A stretch of 64,000 bases of DNA from Eledone cirrhosa (GCA_964016885.1 OZ024743.1:171740001-171804000), one strand, 5' to 3'; shown: positions 1-14,497, counted from the first letter of the stretch. Translations and numbers: made by a program. The notes: generated by a model from the letters alone, not told the origin.

Positions 1-176
1 ATCAATCTGTGAACGCAGAAGTAAATATTTCGAAAAATGTTGCAACCGAAGGAAGACAGGAAGACGTTTCTTTGGTTCCTGGAGACGTGCCTCGCAAAGA
101 ACGAAAAAAAAAAACAAAGATAATACGTCATTATTTGGACCGCGGAGAACAATTACCATGTTCATGGTATAAATGT

Positions 177-1564
177 AGTCGTAGACTAATATTCAATTAG
201 GTGGATCATGGAGACGTTCCCTGGCAATGAACGGAGAAGCGAAGATAATACGTCATTATGTGAACCGTTGAGAACAATTACATGCAAAGAAAAAACCACG
301 TTTATGGTATAACTGAAGTCGTAGAATAACATTTTTTTTAGGAAACCGAATGATTCTCGGCTTCAGAGTTAAGAATAATGTAAATAAATTCCAGAGGTTA
401 TTGAAATCAACAATAATTTCTTTGCGTTTTGGTATACTTTCATGTACGTATATTTGAAGGAATATGACGTCACTTTCAGCTTATATCTGGAGTCTAAAAG
501 ACAACCAGACCCAATATAGATTACACTGGGAGATACTAGCTAAAGCTAGATCGTATAACTGGAATAAAAGACCATGTGACCTCTGCGCTGCTGAAGCCCT
601 GGAAGTACTACGCCAATGACCACATCTTAAACAAAAAATCTGAGGCAATTTCGGCTTGTAAACATAAATTGCACAAAACTTTCCTGTATTACAGCCCCAC
701 ATTATACCCTAACGGATAGTACGAACTATACGCGGATAATTTACGTCTTGATGTGGTAGCTAAGTATATTTTATGTTTATACCATTACTTATTTGTATAG
801 GTATGTATATATTACCTGTATGTTTTGTGAAGGTACGTATACTTTCATGTACGTATATTTGCTTATATTTGTTATACGCGTATATATTATATTATATATA
901 CTGGTACATGGCTTATGGTTATGTGTATACGTGAGTTTTGCGGCTGTGTGTATGCGGATTTGCACGTATATAGTGTGTGTATATGTGTACTTTGCGTTTT
1001 GGTTGGCGTATGTTTAGCGAAAATATGTGTATTTACATGTAGGTATGTGTGTGCACGCGTTATATACGTATTTATGTGTGTATATTTATATACGTTTATA
1101 TAATTATATGTATACACGCACACACACACATATATATCTTTTTATATATGTTTTATGTGTATTTGGTGTACACATTCGTATGTGTGCGGGTACAGGCGTT
1201 GCGTGGGTTTTTGTATGTGTGTGCGCGTTTTTCTGTACGTGCCTGTATTTGCATACCCATGGCGGGTATTTTAGCGTATGCATGTGTATGTACGTGTATG
1301 GATGCGTGCATGTATATATTTAATTATTGTTGATTCCAATAACCTCTGGAATTTATTTACATTATTCTTAACTCTGAAGCCGAGAATCATTCTGTTTCCT
1401 AAATGTAATTTTAGTCTACGACTTCAGTTATACCACAAACGTGGTTTTGTCTTTGCGTGTAATTGTTCTCAACGCTCCACATAATGACGTATTATCTTCG
1501 CTTCTCCGTTCATTGCCAGGGAACGTCTCCACGAACCACCTAATAGAATATTAGTCTACGACTC
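177..1564. repeat. Inverted repeat pair (~240 bp arms: ~177-418 and ~1322-1564) around a ~900 bp spacer
   Basis: agtcgtagactaatattc...ggagacgttccctggcaatgaacggagaagcgaagataatacgtcatt...gaaatcaacaataatt is matched in reverse complement at 1322-1564; a degenerate ~130 bp direct copy of part of the left arm lies at ~81-190. Confidence 0.85.
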
Positions 1565-2314
1565 CATCTATCTATCTATATACTACTAAAACTCTGATCC
1601 TGCGTGCTTGCTTGCTTGCCTGTTAATGGGTAAATACTTTGAAAGCAAGTTGCCTCTGAAATGGGAATACAAATTGAATAAAACAAGTTTCGCAAAAATC
1701 TGACCCCGGGCTCCCAAGATTCGCGGGTTTTGGGGGTTTCTTCGTAAATAGCCACAACGGTGCATACTGGGAAAATACCTCGAAATTAACATAACCCTGC
1801 CAAACTTCGTAAATAGCCAAAACATTCCATAATGAGAAAATACTCTGAATAAAACAAGTTTCGCATAAATCGCACATGGACAATATTTTCAATTTTCCCA
1901 AAATAGCAAGGAATTCATCTAAATTCAATTCATCTTATTTTATAATGAATATCGAAAGAAATAATCCAATTGTTTTTTTGGTTGTCCATTCTGTAGGTAA
2001 GAGAGAAAGAGAGCGGTTGAAAGAGAGAAAGAGAGAGAGAGAAAGAGAGAGTGATGGTGAGAGAGAGAGAGTGAGGGGATGAGAAGGGGGGGGGGGGGGG
2101 GGGGGGGGTGACAGATAGGGAAAGAGACAGCGTCCTTAACTTTTAATTATTTTAACTCTCCTTCCCCCTATCCATAACGTTATCTCTTTCTTCCTCTTTC
2201 ACAGTTCTACAGACACTGTGTGTATCTGTATGTGTATGTGTGCCAGTGCATGTGTTTACGTACTTAGAGACATGTGTGTATGTGTATGTGTGTGTAACAG
2301 TACCTAAGCTAGAG

Positions 2315-2354
<40 letters not shown>

Positions 2355-2398
2355 AGAAGAAGTTTACGAAATGGAAATGCGGGTATATAGAATTTATT

Positions 2399-2515
2399 AG
2401 GTAACAATTGTTTCTATAGTGTATGGGTTACCCATACCTCGCTATTTGAATAATATACAAATATTATCATAAACCGAAGGTACACTGTAAGCAAACACAC
2501 CATGTCTTCAGACCT
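2399..2515 (-). ncRNA. Type I hammerhead ribozyme motif with long stem II (Penelope pseudo-LTR type)
   Basis: Minus strand: AGGT CTGAAGA c ATGGTGT...(~75 nt)...ACACTAT a GAAAC AATT GTT ACCT aataaa; stem I AGGT/ACCT, palindromic stem III ACAATTGT. Confidence 0.6.
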
Positions 2516-2986
2516 TTGTATTAGAATGATATGAAAATATTTTATACACTAGATAAAAGATAAAGAAGGAGGTAGGAAGAGAAGGGGAAGAGGGAAGTGA
2601 GTAAGTGGAGGGAGTCTTAGGATTTAAGACTGTCAGACTAGTAGAGATTGTGAGGAGAGAATGTTTTGGCAGCAGTTAGCTTAATGAGGCGTGCTAAGGT
2701 TGGCGGGGAAGTAGATTCTTCTAGTGGTGTTGTTCGGACAAAATTTAGTTAAAGGGGTCAAAGTGGTACAGTGTCACAGACAAGTTATTAGGGCTATTAT
2801 AGTAGCAGGTTATTTCTAAAGGGGTCCAGAAAAACAGTGTTTAGTACTATTATTATAGAAAGCCCGACGGCTGAGCTCAAGCCGTTTCGACGGCTAATTC
2901 TGGACTAAAATCTTTTTTAGTCCAGAATTAGTATTGAGTACTTTGGTGCGTTATGGTCCACCTCGTTCCTTACCACATTTCCTTCG

Positions 2987-3039
<53 letters not shown>

Positions 3040-3343
3040 TCTAACTTAAGTACTGTTACACACACACACATATTTTTCAATCATATTTTTCAATCATTTT
3101 TCAATCATATTTTTTTATTTGTTTGACCCGAATTACTTGGTCGTTTCTATGGCTGTGCGGATAATGGTTTAACTATCGTCTCAGTGTGTTTGGCCTTTTA
3201 ACGTATGTTGTAGCTCTTGTTCGTTAGAATTATTGAGCGCTTGCCACACATCTCGGAAGTTGTTTTTCACTAATTTCCAAAGCCGAAATACGATTCTCGC
3301 TAATTTATATTTGTATATATATATATATATATATATATAAGTA

Positions 3344-3482
<139 letters not shown>

Positions 3483-3639
3483 AGGATACCTTCGTAAATA
3501 GCCAAAACGGTGCATAATTTAAAAATAGACCTGTAAGTGATATAACCCTGAAATGGGGATAAAACAGGTTTGACGTAAATCGACATAAAAATATTTCTCG
3601 AAAGATGAAAATAGTTTAATAATTTCTAAAAAAAAAATT

Positions 3640-4195
3640 TTTCAGAGATTTCTCAGTGAATATGATTTCAAAACTACTTCACGTATCCATATTTGAGCTT
3701 TCTTTAAACAGAAGATATTTTAATTATCAGAAAAGCATTAAGTGAATATCACTGAAAAATACCAGTTGGTGTTAAACAGTAGGTGTTTATATTTTTGATT
3801 TTGGTAAAAAGAATATTTTAATTATTTAGAAATATTTTAAAGTAAATTTGATTTCACAAATAGCTTTATTTACATAGACAATATCTTCATTTTTAAAAAA
3901 TTATTTTCAAGTGAATACGATGGAAAAAATATTTCTTGGCATATTTAAAAAATATTCTTAAGATAAATGACTTAAAAAATACAAATTATTTGTACACCGG
4001 GTATATATATTTCAGCTTTCTATAAACAGAATATTTTAATTATTAATAAGTATTTTTTAAGTGAATATGATTTGAAAAATACGAGTTGTTTAAACAGACA
4101 ATATTTTCATTATTTAGAAATATTTCTAAATGATGATTTAAAAAAAATATTTGTTGAGGTAATAGGAATTTTTTCTAAGGTGAATACGATTCTTA
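3640..4195 (+). repeat. Degenerate AT-rich tandem repeats upstream of the Helitron ORF
   Basis: Recurring aagtgaatatgattt..aaaa..taaacagaa..atattttaattatt units. Confidence 0.6.
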
Positions 4196-4199
4196 AATA

Positions 4200-7100
4200 A
4201 TGCCTCGACGAGGAAGAAAGATAACATCTGGTTGGTCTAGCGATAGTGGAAAGAAAGCACGGTTAAGGAGAGCCGAAGAAGGTGAGCAAGATAGTGGTCA
4301 ACGTCAACAAGATCGGGACAGGCATGTGAATAGAAGGATCGATGAGACTGATAAAGCAAGGGCTGCGCGTCTGGCGGAACAGAGGGAAAGAGACAGAAGT
4401 AGAAGTAGGAGAGATCATGTGGTCGGAGAGATGCGCGTCTGGCGGAACAGGGAAAGAGACAGAAGCAGGAGACATCATGAATTGGATGGTCGGAGAGCTG
4501 AGCGTCAGGCGGAACAGAGAGAAAAAGACAAAAGCAGGAGATATCATGAATCGGACGCTCAGAGAACTGAACGTCTTTGCCAACAAACCATTAGGGATAG
4601 AACAAGGACAGTTCAACGACGTGACCTCTCTGTTGATGTTGGACAGATGAATAAGATCTGTGTCTGTTGTCATGCAATGCTTTTTCATGGTGAAACTGCT
4701 AACTTTTGCTGTATGAATGGAAAAGTCAGGTTGGGGAATCTGCAGCCTTTACCCCAGGAACTTCAACCTAGGGCAAACGAGTTCAGGAAGAACCTCCGAC
4801 AATACAACTGCCTGTTCCAAATGACATCTTTTGGGGCCGAAGAAGTTTGTTCCTCAAGGAGTGGATGGAATCCTTCTATCATTATTCATGGTCAAATTCA
4901 CCATTACATCGGTTCCTTAACCCCTAATCCCAACGAACAACCCCAATTTCTTCAAATTTACTTCTTGGATCCTCAGGATAGTGTTGATTTGAGGATCAGG
5001 ATACTCCATAACGATGGCATTCAGCGCGACATCGTTGAATTATTGGAAATAATACTCAGATCCTTACGTTGCTTCATTTCGAATGGCAAAAGAACAAATT
5101 AAAAATATTCCCGAAGCTTCGATTATTATTGATCCTGATAGAAAGAAGATTCAATGCACAAACTGCAAACGAAGTTGCCGTTATTATAAAAAACAGCACC
5201 GAACTTCAAGCAAAAGCACGGCACATTGTGTTGAAAGAAAAAGGCGGACAATTGCAAATAAGCATCGGTCCTATGACAGTTTGCAGTATGTTCTATTTTG
5301 TTCCTTTTGGCGATGACGGATGGCATCATGAGCTGTTAATGAGCAACAACAAGAAGTTGACGCCAATGCGCTACTATGCCTATCGAATAATGAACCATGA
5401 GAATGAATTCAACCAACATCTCAGTCGTTTATTTCAGCAATATTTGGTTGATATGGCTGCGAAGATTGAAGGAGATAGACTACAATACATCCGAATGAAT
5501 CAATCATCATTGCGATCTACAACATACAAGGGCCTTACTGACGCATTGAATGATGATGACGATTTTCGCAATATTGGCAGGCGAATCATACTCTCTTCCA
5601 CATTTGTCGGTGGACCGAGATATATGATGGAGCGATGCCAGGATGCCATGATGTACATACGGAAGTACGGCAATCCTTCGTTCTTCATCACAATGACATG
5701 CAATCCGAACTGGCCTGAAATCCGGCAAAACCTATTCCTGAATCAGAAGCCACATGACAGGCCAGATTTAATCTCCAGAGTATTTGACCTGAAGCGGAAA
5801 CTGTTAAGAAAGTATCTTACTGGAGTAGATGGCCTATTTGGCAAGTGCATAGCATACGTGCTGGCAGTCGAATATCAAAAGCGAGGTCTTCCTCATGTGC
5901 ACTGTTTGCTAGGGCTCAATGAAGCCTCCAAGCCCAGACTGCAGGAATATGATAAATTTGTTCAAGCCGAAATACGAGATCCAAACAAAATCCAGAGGGT
6001 CAGGAATTGGTGCTGAAGCACATGATCCACGGTCCGAATTGCTCTAACAATTCGCCGTGTTGGAAAGATGGAACGTGCAGTGAGCGGTACCCTAAGCCTT
6101 TCAATGAATATACATTGTGTGGAGAGGACTCTTATCCTGTGTCCAGAAGATTGTCTCCAGGAATGGGAGGATTTGAGGGGCACCAAGAAGGAAGGGGAAG
6201 CCGAAATATAACTTCGGAATGGGTGGTTCCCTACAATATGAAACTATTAAAACTGTTCAACTGCCACCTAAATGTAGAGATGTGCTCTTCCGTGATCAAA
6301 TACGTTATCAAATGTTTTGAGTGGACAAGGAAGATGAGATAATACAGTATTTAACAGGAAGATATATCGGTCCTTCAGAAGCTGTTGCCTTGGTACTTGG
6401 ATTTCCAATTCTTGAGAGAGAACGGGCCGTAGTTCGCCTTCAAGTTCATCTACCTGAGGAAAATCAAATCTTCTTTCGGGTCAATGCTGCTGTTAAAGTA
6501 AACAATAACATGGCTAAGACGACTCTGACTGAGTTCATGGATCTTTGCGATCGCGATCCGTTTGCAAAAACATTGTATTATGCCGATGTTACTTGGAGTA
6601 ATAAGAGATGGGAAAGGCGAAAGGTGGGGAAAACAGTTGAGCAGTATCCACGGATTTTTGAGGCGAACGTTTTGGGACGAGTATACACTGTTTCTCCACG
6701 AAGTGGTGACCTGTATTATTTAAGACTCCCTCTGCATCACGTCAAAGGGCCAGTATCCTTCAACTCTCTGAAAATGTGTGATGGAGAATCCCTGCCACTA
6801 TTCAAAGACGTCTGCAGAGAGAAAGGTTTGCTTCAATCGGATGATCATTGGCAGCAGACTCTGGAAGATGCTGAACGAATAAGGCTTCCCAAAGCCATGA
6901 GAGATCTATTCATCGTGCTCCTCACAAATACGGAAATTGACAATTCCAGTGCTTTATGGGTTCGATTTAAGCATTCGCTATCTGAGGATTACCTTCAAAT
7001 AGAAAAAAAGGGCTACCAGAAACTCTAACCTTTTAATTAGCGAGATACATTATGACCAATGTCTTCTGTATTTTGAAGACAAACTTAACGACCTGGGCAA

Positions 7101-8520
7101 AAGACTTAGTGACTTTAACTTGCCAAGGCCAAATAATATTGTTGCTAATCAGGATATTGGCAATTTGGAGTTATTGCATGAATTGCAATACAGCAGAGAA
7201 GAGCAGCGACGAAGCCTCTATAGAATAGTGAACAAAAACACGTGTATGACTTCGTTTGTAACAGTTTAGAGACGAACACATCTGCATTGATTTTAATTGT
7301 CGCTCCAGGTGGAACTAGAAAGACATTCCTGATTAACTTAATTCTTTGAAAAGTCAGGGGAAACGGTGACGTGGCTATTGCTGTTCCGCCATCCGGCATT
7401 GCCGCAACACTGATGCCTGGTGGAAGAACAGCACATTCTAGGTTCAAAATATCGATAGTAGTGAAAGAAAATGGTCTGTGCAACATTGATAAAAAACTCA
7501 AAGACGGCAAACCTCATCCAGCATACAAGGCTGATTGTTTGGGATGAATGTCCTATGATTCGGAGAGAAATCTTCGAAGCTGTTGACCTCACTCTGCGTG
7601 ACATATGCGACAACAATGAGGCATTCGGTGGAATTTTGACAATTTGCTGTGGCGATTTCCGTCATCTTCTTCCGGTATTGAAAAGGGGAAATGAAGCGGA
7701 CGTGGAAAACGCCTGTATTAAAAAATCCTACTTATGGCGAAGCTTCAAAAGATTTCAGTTGAAGACAAACATGCGATTGGGTGGGGGAGCAGGAGACTAT
7801 TCACAGTTCTTATTGGATATTGGAGAAGATAAGATAAAAATAACTGAAAATGAGGAAATTATTTTGCCAAAAGAAATGGTTCTCCAAGCAACAACTATGG
7901 AAGAATGTATTGATTTCATCTACTCCTCATTCGACAATCCAGATGAAGTGTTTCCGAACAATTGCATCTTAGTACCTCTCAATGAAATGATGAGAAGCAT
8001 CAATTCCACCTGTATCAGACGCTTCCCTGGAACCATAAAAGAGTACCGATCCTATAATTCTGTGAGTGATGGTGCCAATGCCACTCATTTCCCAACTGAA
8101 TTCCTTGATTCGGTTGAACTATCATCACTGCCACCACATAATCTGGAATTGAAAAAAGGATCGCCAATAATTCTTATGAGAAACTTGAATCCTCCAAGGC
8201 TTTGTAATGGAACGCGCATGATCGTGGAAGAACAGCATGACAATCTCATAGTAGCAAGAATCAACACTGCTGCTTTCAGAAATGAGATCGTTATGATACC
8301 TAGAATAAGAATTAATCTATCCGAAGGTGAGGATATCCCTTTGCAGCGAAGCCAATTCCCAGTTAAATCGTGCTTCGCTATGACTATTCATAAAGCACAA
8401 GGACAAACTATGGAAAACGTCTTGGTTTATCTGGAACGACCTGTATTCCAACACGGTCAACTGTATGTAGCCCTTAGCCGCGGAAAACGAAAAGAAAATG
8501 TCAGTGTTTCTGAAGGATAA
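4200..8520 (+). pseudogene. Helitron Rep (HUH endonuclease)-PIF1 helicase, frameshifted
   Basis: ORF pieces 4200-5102, 5069-6016, 6007-6342, 6321-7028, 7471-8520: R/E-rich repeats, CVCCHA..CCMNGKV zinc motif, FFITMTCNPNWPEI, VEYQKRGLPHVHCLL (HUH), Walker A remnant APGGTRKTF (~7300), IVWDECPM, GDFRHLLPV, NGTR, QFPVKSCFAMTIHKAQGQT, HGQLYVALSR. Confidence 0.95.
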
Positions 8521-8998
8521 CCAGTCAACTAAGAATGTTGCCATCAAAAGTATTCTTTTGAACAAACTGTAACAGCGTAAATAGTAGAAAATGTTGATTC
8601 CGACGTCAGAAAATGAAAGGAAAAGGAAAAACTACGACAAGTAAGAATAATTTCTTTCAAATTTTTGTAAATAAAACCAGCTTTTCATTAACATTGCAAC
8701 TTTTTAAGCAGAAAAATCTTTCAGAACAAACAGTCAAGCATCCATAGAGATATAGAAAAAAGAATTTTGAAGTGGAGTGATTGGATAGCTATTAGTGAAA
8801 AATGATTTGATATTTTCTTTGTGAAAATACTTGTGAATAATACAGTGAAAAGACAAGTTTCGCGTAATTCGGACCACGGGATCCCGAGATACGCGGGTTT
8901 TTTCGGGTACCTTTATAAATAGCCAAATCAGCGCATAATGGGAAAATTCTTTGAAAGTAAAGTACCATTGAAATGTGAATACAAACGCAGATAGTGGT

Positions 8999-9001
<3 letters not shown>

Positions 9002-9075
<74 letters not shown>
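9002..9075. repeat. (GA)n microsatellite
   Basis: Directly visible. Confidence 0.95.
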
Positions 9076-9080
<5 letters not shown>

Positions 9081-9287
9081 GAGAGAGAGTGGGGGAGAGA
9101 GCTGGTGGTGTTGTTGAATGAAATTATGACAGGTGACTTCAAAGAATCGAATACAGCATTACTGTATCTAGCTTGAATTTGGTGACTGAATATTAAGTTA
9201 TATGTATATTATAACTTGTGTTAGGACAGGATGTATGTGTGTGTGTGTCTGTAACCAGTGTATATAGGCCACAGACACCCACACAAA

Positions 9288-9334
<47 letters not shown>

Positions 9335-9920
9335 TTAGGTTAATTGGAGTTAGGTATTGTATACCCGTATTGTATACCCGTATTGTATACCCGTGTCCCA
9401 TTTTTTACATTGTGTTTTTCCCTTTCTAATACTTGCTTATATTTCTTTATATATTCTCTATATATTTTTATATATATATATTTTTTATCTTTATTCTTAT
9501 TTTCACTTTTATCCTTTTTTATATTTTACCTTATTCTTACTTTTAAACCTTATTATAGTGTAATCTTCCCCATTATTAATTATAGATTATTATTATTACT
9601 CTTTTTCCATTTCTAATTACCTCATGTACTTTATCCTCTTTATCCTCCGTTATTTATATATATATTGTATGCCCTTTGTGTGTGTGTAGCCTCTGCACAC
9701 CCCCTGCACCCTACTATCGACGCCACCCCATCTATGGCTCAACTAACCACTCGACTCCTGGGAATGAATATGACCACAGCTAGTAAACAAGGACCCACAC
9801 CCCACCACCCCGCACCAAAATTAGACTTATCGTCCCCTGCTTTTGCTCTTTACACTCTTTATTCTTTGTTCTTGAATGTTTGGTTGGTAGAGTCCATAAC
9901 ACCAATCAAACCCCTTTTAT

Positions 9921-9967
9921 AGCTCTGACGAATCCTACGGTTACGTAAGGAAGAAACATTGTAAGCC
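9921..9967 (+). ncRNA. Type I hammerhead ribozyme motif
   Basis: GCT CTGACGA a TCCTACG gtta CGTAAGGA a GAAAC ATT GTA AGC caataaa. Confidence 0.65.
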
Positions 9968-10008
9968 AATAAAAATCTTTTGATGTTGTAGACGCTCTTG
10001 TGTTCTTT

Positions 10009-10071
<63 letters not shown>

Positions 10072-10184
10072 CTTGTTTAGCAGTAAATTGAATTACCATC
10101 TGTCATATACTATCCCCTCTCTTCTTCCTCTATTACTAATATAAATACTTCAATTTTTCTGATTTTATCCACTTTATCCAAAAT

Positions 10185-10300
10185 CTCTGAAGAAGTGATA
10201 ACTGATTATACATTTGCTATCGAATACTTGCTAACATTATATGATTACGCAAGCAGCGATACATAGGTATTCCGTCTGTTACAGAAACATATGTCAATAC
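10185..10300 (+). ncRNA. Degenerate hammerhead motif with long stem II
   Basis: CTGAAGA agtgataac...gttaca GAAAC ATAT GTC aatacctaataaa; palindromic stem III ACATATGT but stem I is poor. Confidence 0.35.
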
Positions 10301-10348
10301 CTAATAAATTCCTTTTTAAAAAAAGCACTTTCATTTTATATTCATCTT

Positions 10349-10412
<64 letters not shown>

Positions 10413-10553
10413 GCACATATACACACACACATACACGTATATATATATTGGGCTTTCCAATGTCATTTTACACTATATACATTTTGTGTATATTTTAATT
10501 ATTCAAAAATTATTTGTAAGTGAACATGACCCCACGGGTCACGGGTGGTCTAG

Positions 10554-10870
10554 TAATATTATAAAGCTGAGTGTCGTGTGTATTATGTCTGTCTGTATGT
10601 ATGTATCCTACACACCTCTCTATAGTTTGTTAACTTTACTCTCTCCGTCGCTCTTGCCTCTCTCTATAATATATCATTCCACTTCTCTATAATTTAACTG
10701 CTTTACTCTCTCTGTCGCTCTTCACTCTCAAATATTATAAAGTGGAGCGTCGTCTCTCTCTCCCTCTTTCACCCTCTCTATAATTTAACTGCTTTACTCT
10801 CTGTCTCTCTTCACTCTCTATATGACAACACTCTTTTACTTTCCGTTTTAATTGTATCTCTCTCCGTCTA
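10554..10870 (+). mobile_element. 5' part of a second Helitron (related to 50979-54573) interrupted by the 1575-10553 element
   Basis: Joining 1567-1574 to 10554 gives TCTATCTA|TAATATTATAAAGCTGAG...gtctgtctgtatgtatgt, a Helitron-type 5' end; 10685-10830 matches 51160-51230 (ctctataatttaactgctttactctctctgtcgctcttcactc...tatgacaacac, gtggagcgt). Confidence 0.65.
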
Positions 10871-10953
10871 ACGGCCTATCTCTCGCTTTTCCCCTCCCTC
10901 TGTTTTTCTGTCGTCGCTCGCATAAGTAACACCCCCCCCCACACACACATATA

Positions 10954-11153
10954 NNNNNNNNNNNNNNNNNNNNNNNNNNNNNNNNNNNNNNNNNNNNNNN
11001 NNNNNNNNNNNNNNNNNNNNNNNNNNNNNNNNNNNNNNNNNNNNNNNNNNNNNNNNNNNNNNNNNNNNNNNNNNNNNNNNNNNNNNNNNNNNNNNNNNNN
11101 NNNNNNNNNNNNNNNNNNNNNNNNNNNNNNNNNNNNNNNNNNNNNNNNNNNNN
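10954..11153. other. Assembly gap (200 N)
   Basis: Run of n characters. Confidence 1.
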
Positions 11154-11699
11154 TATTCTTTGATTTTTTTGTGTTCACTCTGATTAGAAATTTATCAATT
11201 ACTCGCTCATTGAATGCATCGTGACAGCCGCTCATAATTCGTTTGCTTATCTGGTATTGTGCAGCTGCAACTTCGGTTATACTTATTATATATATACATA
11301 TATATATATACAGTGTACTAAAGGTTTGGTAGAAATATCCAAGGGTAAGAGCACTCAGTCCATAGGCGAATTAAGTATAATTTGTTACAACAGTGACAAT
11401 ACAGGTACTCATACAGCCTGTTATAAATACAAAGATGTCCTTGTGAACATTATTCGAGAGTTCTTCAAAGGCGGGTAATTTAGAAAATAATTATAAATAG
11501 CTATAAATAAAGAAATTATTAGATAGATTGAAGGGAAGTAACTCTTCCAAAACTAATAATAAGAGTAGGTAAATTCATGCTAAGTTAACTAAAAGGATCC
11601 AAATTCCTTGACATTCAAATTAGTAATTCAAAGAAAATATTAAAATTAGTTAGTCAGATCAATACCATTCAATCAGAATATATTTCGTTTCGTGTTGAC

Positions 11700-12767
11700 T
11701 GCCGCCAAAGCAGTCAACCCGTTATTTAAGCAGTGTTTATTTGAAGCCAGTTGAGAGAGTATATTCCATTTTTCGGAGTTACATAGGCAACACAATTTCG
11801 TCCTATTAACATAGGGGGTAGATTTTTCTAATATACACCATTTGAAAGAAAAAGGTGTGCCATTATTTGTAAGGCTCCATACATGGTTTGCGAGCTGGGT
11901 GGCTTGTTTTTTGTCAGGACGTCTGAATGTTGTTCCACGGTTCAGGTACCGATTTTGAACCGGCTCTCGGACATTCCGACAAAAGTCCAGGCTTCAGTTT
12001 GGTGGTTCTGGTTTATGGCGGTAACCTCTGCTTGATATTTCACCGCCGGAGTGTTGCACTGTTGGTCTAATAGGCATGTCACTGGCTTTCTGCATGAGCA
12101 TCCGTACGGTGGAGGTTTGTTTGCTTTTGGCGGTGATATGAGTTTTAATGTTATTGGTACACGAATAGCCTATTTTCACTGCATGGCGATTAAATATCTG
12201 TCGGTATCTATGGCTAACAGGAAGTGTTGGTCTAGGAGTGCTAGACATTTTTGACATTAGTTTTCACATTATGTGGGAAAGGTGGTGCGAAACATATGGC
12301 GCCTTTATGTCTAGGTTTTTTTCTTTTTAGCTGTAGGTCACTGATCTGGAGTGTAAGTGATTTTTTCAGAGAAGCCACTGTTGCTTAGTGCTGGATTGTA
12401 GTAGGGTGCTACCCTATCAAGGATGGCTTTGTTAGAAGAGAGAATGTATACCTCTTTCTAATGTTATTGATAAGATTTTTAAAAACTATAGGAGATTGGC
12501 TAGTGTCCTTGTGGGTTTATCTAAGTTTCTCACTAGGTTTGTGGAATGGTCAGTATGTGCGTGTCTATAGGTTTAAATCAACACAGGAGAAGTTAACATT
12601 AGAGAGGTTCTGGGCTATCGTAATTTTAAAACTTATGCTGTTGAAGGTATTGATCAGGTTATTTCTAAAAGCGTCAAGGTCATGGCCACTTTTATTGCTC
12701 GATGTTACCAGACTGTCAACACGGTGTAGGACAGTATGGAAGTCAGGGAATTTATTGTGTATTGTGA

Positions 12768-12770
<3 letters not shown>
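11700..12770 (-). mobile_element. Penelope-like retroelement remnant (RT C-terminus + GIY-YIG)
   Basis: Minus translation: LHRVDSL (decayed YRDD), NVNFSCVDLNL, PYYNPALSNSGF, VKIGYSCTNNIK, WTFVGMSESRFK. Confidence 0.75.
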
Positions 12771-12802
<32 letters not shown>

Positions 12803-12804
<2 letters not shown>

Positions 12805-13262
12805 GAGCAGCAGGACCCGGCGTTGCACGGGGTAAGAAACGAGAAATAGCAACACGCATATGCAAAGATTGAGGAATGTAGCTGTGTACTTTTTGAATTC
12901 TTTTATTCTCACGGAATGATTGTTCATCTACTGCAAACGTAAACACCAGCAGACCCGAATCGTGCAACATCTGAAGAAAATCAGCTGGATACTCTTTAAG
13001 CGTACTAAATCTTAGAGTATGATTTTTCTTCAATTTGAAGAATATCTTTAAGTTACGCCTCAAAAGAACCTAAAAATGCCTTTAAAATGCGGTTTTTTGC
13101 CTAATGCGGGCCCTAGGGCAGAAAAAGTTAAATTATTTTAGCCCATTGCACTTCTAGAAATATAAGTAACCCATGTGTAAAGTTTGATAAAATCGGTCGG
13201 GCACTTCTCGAGTTTTAGGGATTTAAACAGACAGACATCCTTTGTTTTTATTATATATATAT
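12803..13262 (-). mobile_element. Non-autonomous Helitron (~460 bp)
   Basis: Minus strand begins tatatataataaaaacaaaggatgtctgtctg and ends CCCGTGCAACGCCGGGtcctgctgCTCG|T (hairpin + CTAG-like end). Confidence 0.7.
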
Positions 13263-13440
13263 ATAAGTTTCAATTCTAATCATCCTAGAAATATAAAAAA
13301 CACTATTGTCAATAGCGCCCACAACGGATTTCACGCATCTCTGCTAATAAAAATATTTTTGATGATAAGGCAGAATATTACAATGAAGCTTTACATAGAG
13401 CAGGGTACTCGAATAAAATTAAATATATAGATAACAATAA
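13263..13440 (+). mobile_element. Penelope-like fragment
   Basis: YISFNSNHPRNIKNTIVNS then, after a frameshift, RISRISANKNIFDDKAEYYNEALHRAGY; typical PLE post-RT domain. Confidence 0.65.
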
Positions 13441-14404
13441 CATGACAAACGATAGATGTTATTGTTACAAGGTTGACTAAGATGAGGATATTGGATATTA
13501 TTTAAATAAGCTAATCCTGGACTTTCTTAATAATTCGTATTTTAAAAACGAAACTTTGCACATATATATTTTAAAAGAAACCTTGTACATAACGATTGCG
13601 TCGATGAAATCAATAATAAAATAAATGCGTTTGGCATAATGAAAAAGATCCGGAGTTTACATGTTTAGCCTACTAGCCGGTGTTATTAAAGTAAAATCTA
13701 GTGGGACTTTTGGCTCAATTTTATTTACTAAGCTAGCAGTTAACCATCCTTAAATTACGATGAGGAGTATAGATTTGATTTACTTCAGATATCCTCATTT
13801 TGTGGTACTTTGGAGTTTGTGGTGGTGATTGTATTTCATGTATTTATGGTAGAATAGGTGGAGTGGGTGATTGGTATTTATTGTGCAATGTAATGGACCA
13901 ATGTATTTCTTGGGTATAAATAAGCATAATATGGATACATGTGGCAATGTAATATCTTACCCTTGAATTATTATGTTACTGCACCTAATAAAATTCTGAA
14001 ATTCCATATTAACAGAGTCAGTCTGTACTATAGGTATATAGAATATTGAAATCTCGGAATTTTACAATTCGTAATGTTTTTTACTTGGTATCCGATTTGA
14101 AAATAATCGAAATGTTACCATCTATGATTTACTATATGATTTTTCTTTGACAATACGTCTCACTCTCTCGCTCTCTCGCTCTCTCTCTCTGTCTCTCTTT
14201 CTGTCTCTCTCTCTGTCTCTCCCTCTCCCTCTCCCCCTCCCCCTCTCTCTCTCTATATATATATATGTGTGTGTGTGTGTGGATGGTAAGACTCGATCTT
14301 ATAACAACTTTTCTCTCAGATCTTTTTATATTATTGCGCCTATTGAATCGTACAAAGACACGTATTGTGGTTACGTTTGTCTAGACAATCTCTTACTCTT
14401 GAAT

Positions 14405-14497
<93 letters not shown>

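Noticed and set aside
2862-2931. Hammerhead 3' half (minus GAAACGGC..GCCGTC) next to a 16-bp hairpin
   Set aside because: No CUGANGA upstream; incomplete
7471-8520. Host PIF1 helicase gene (also 53384-54259)
   Set aside because: Intronless, fused to HUH Rep, frameshifted and inside Helitron termini
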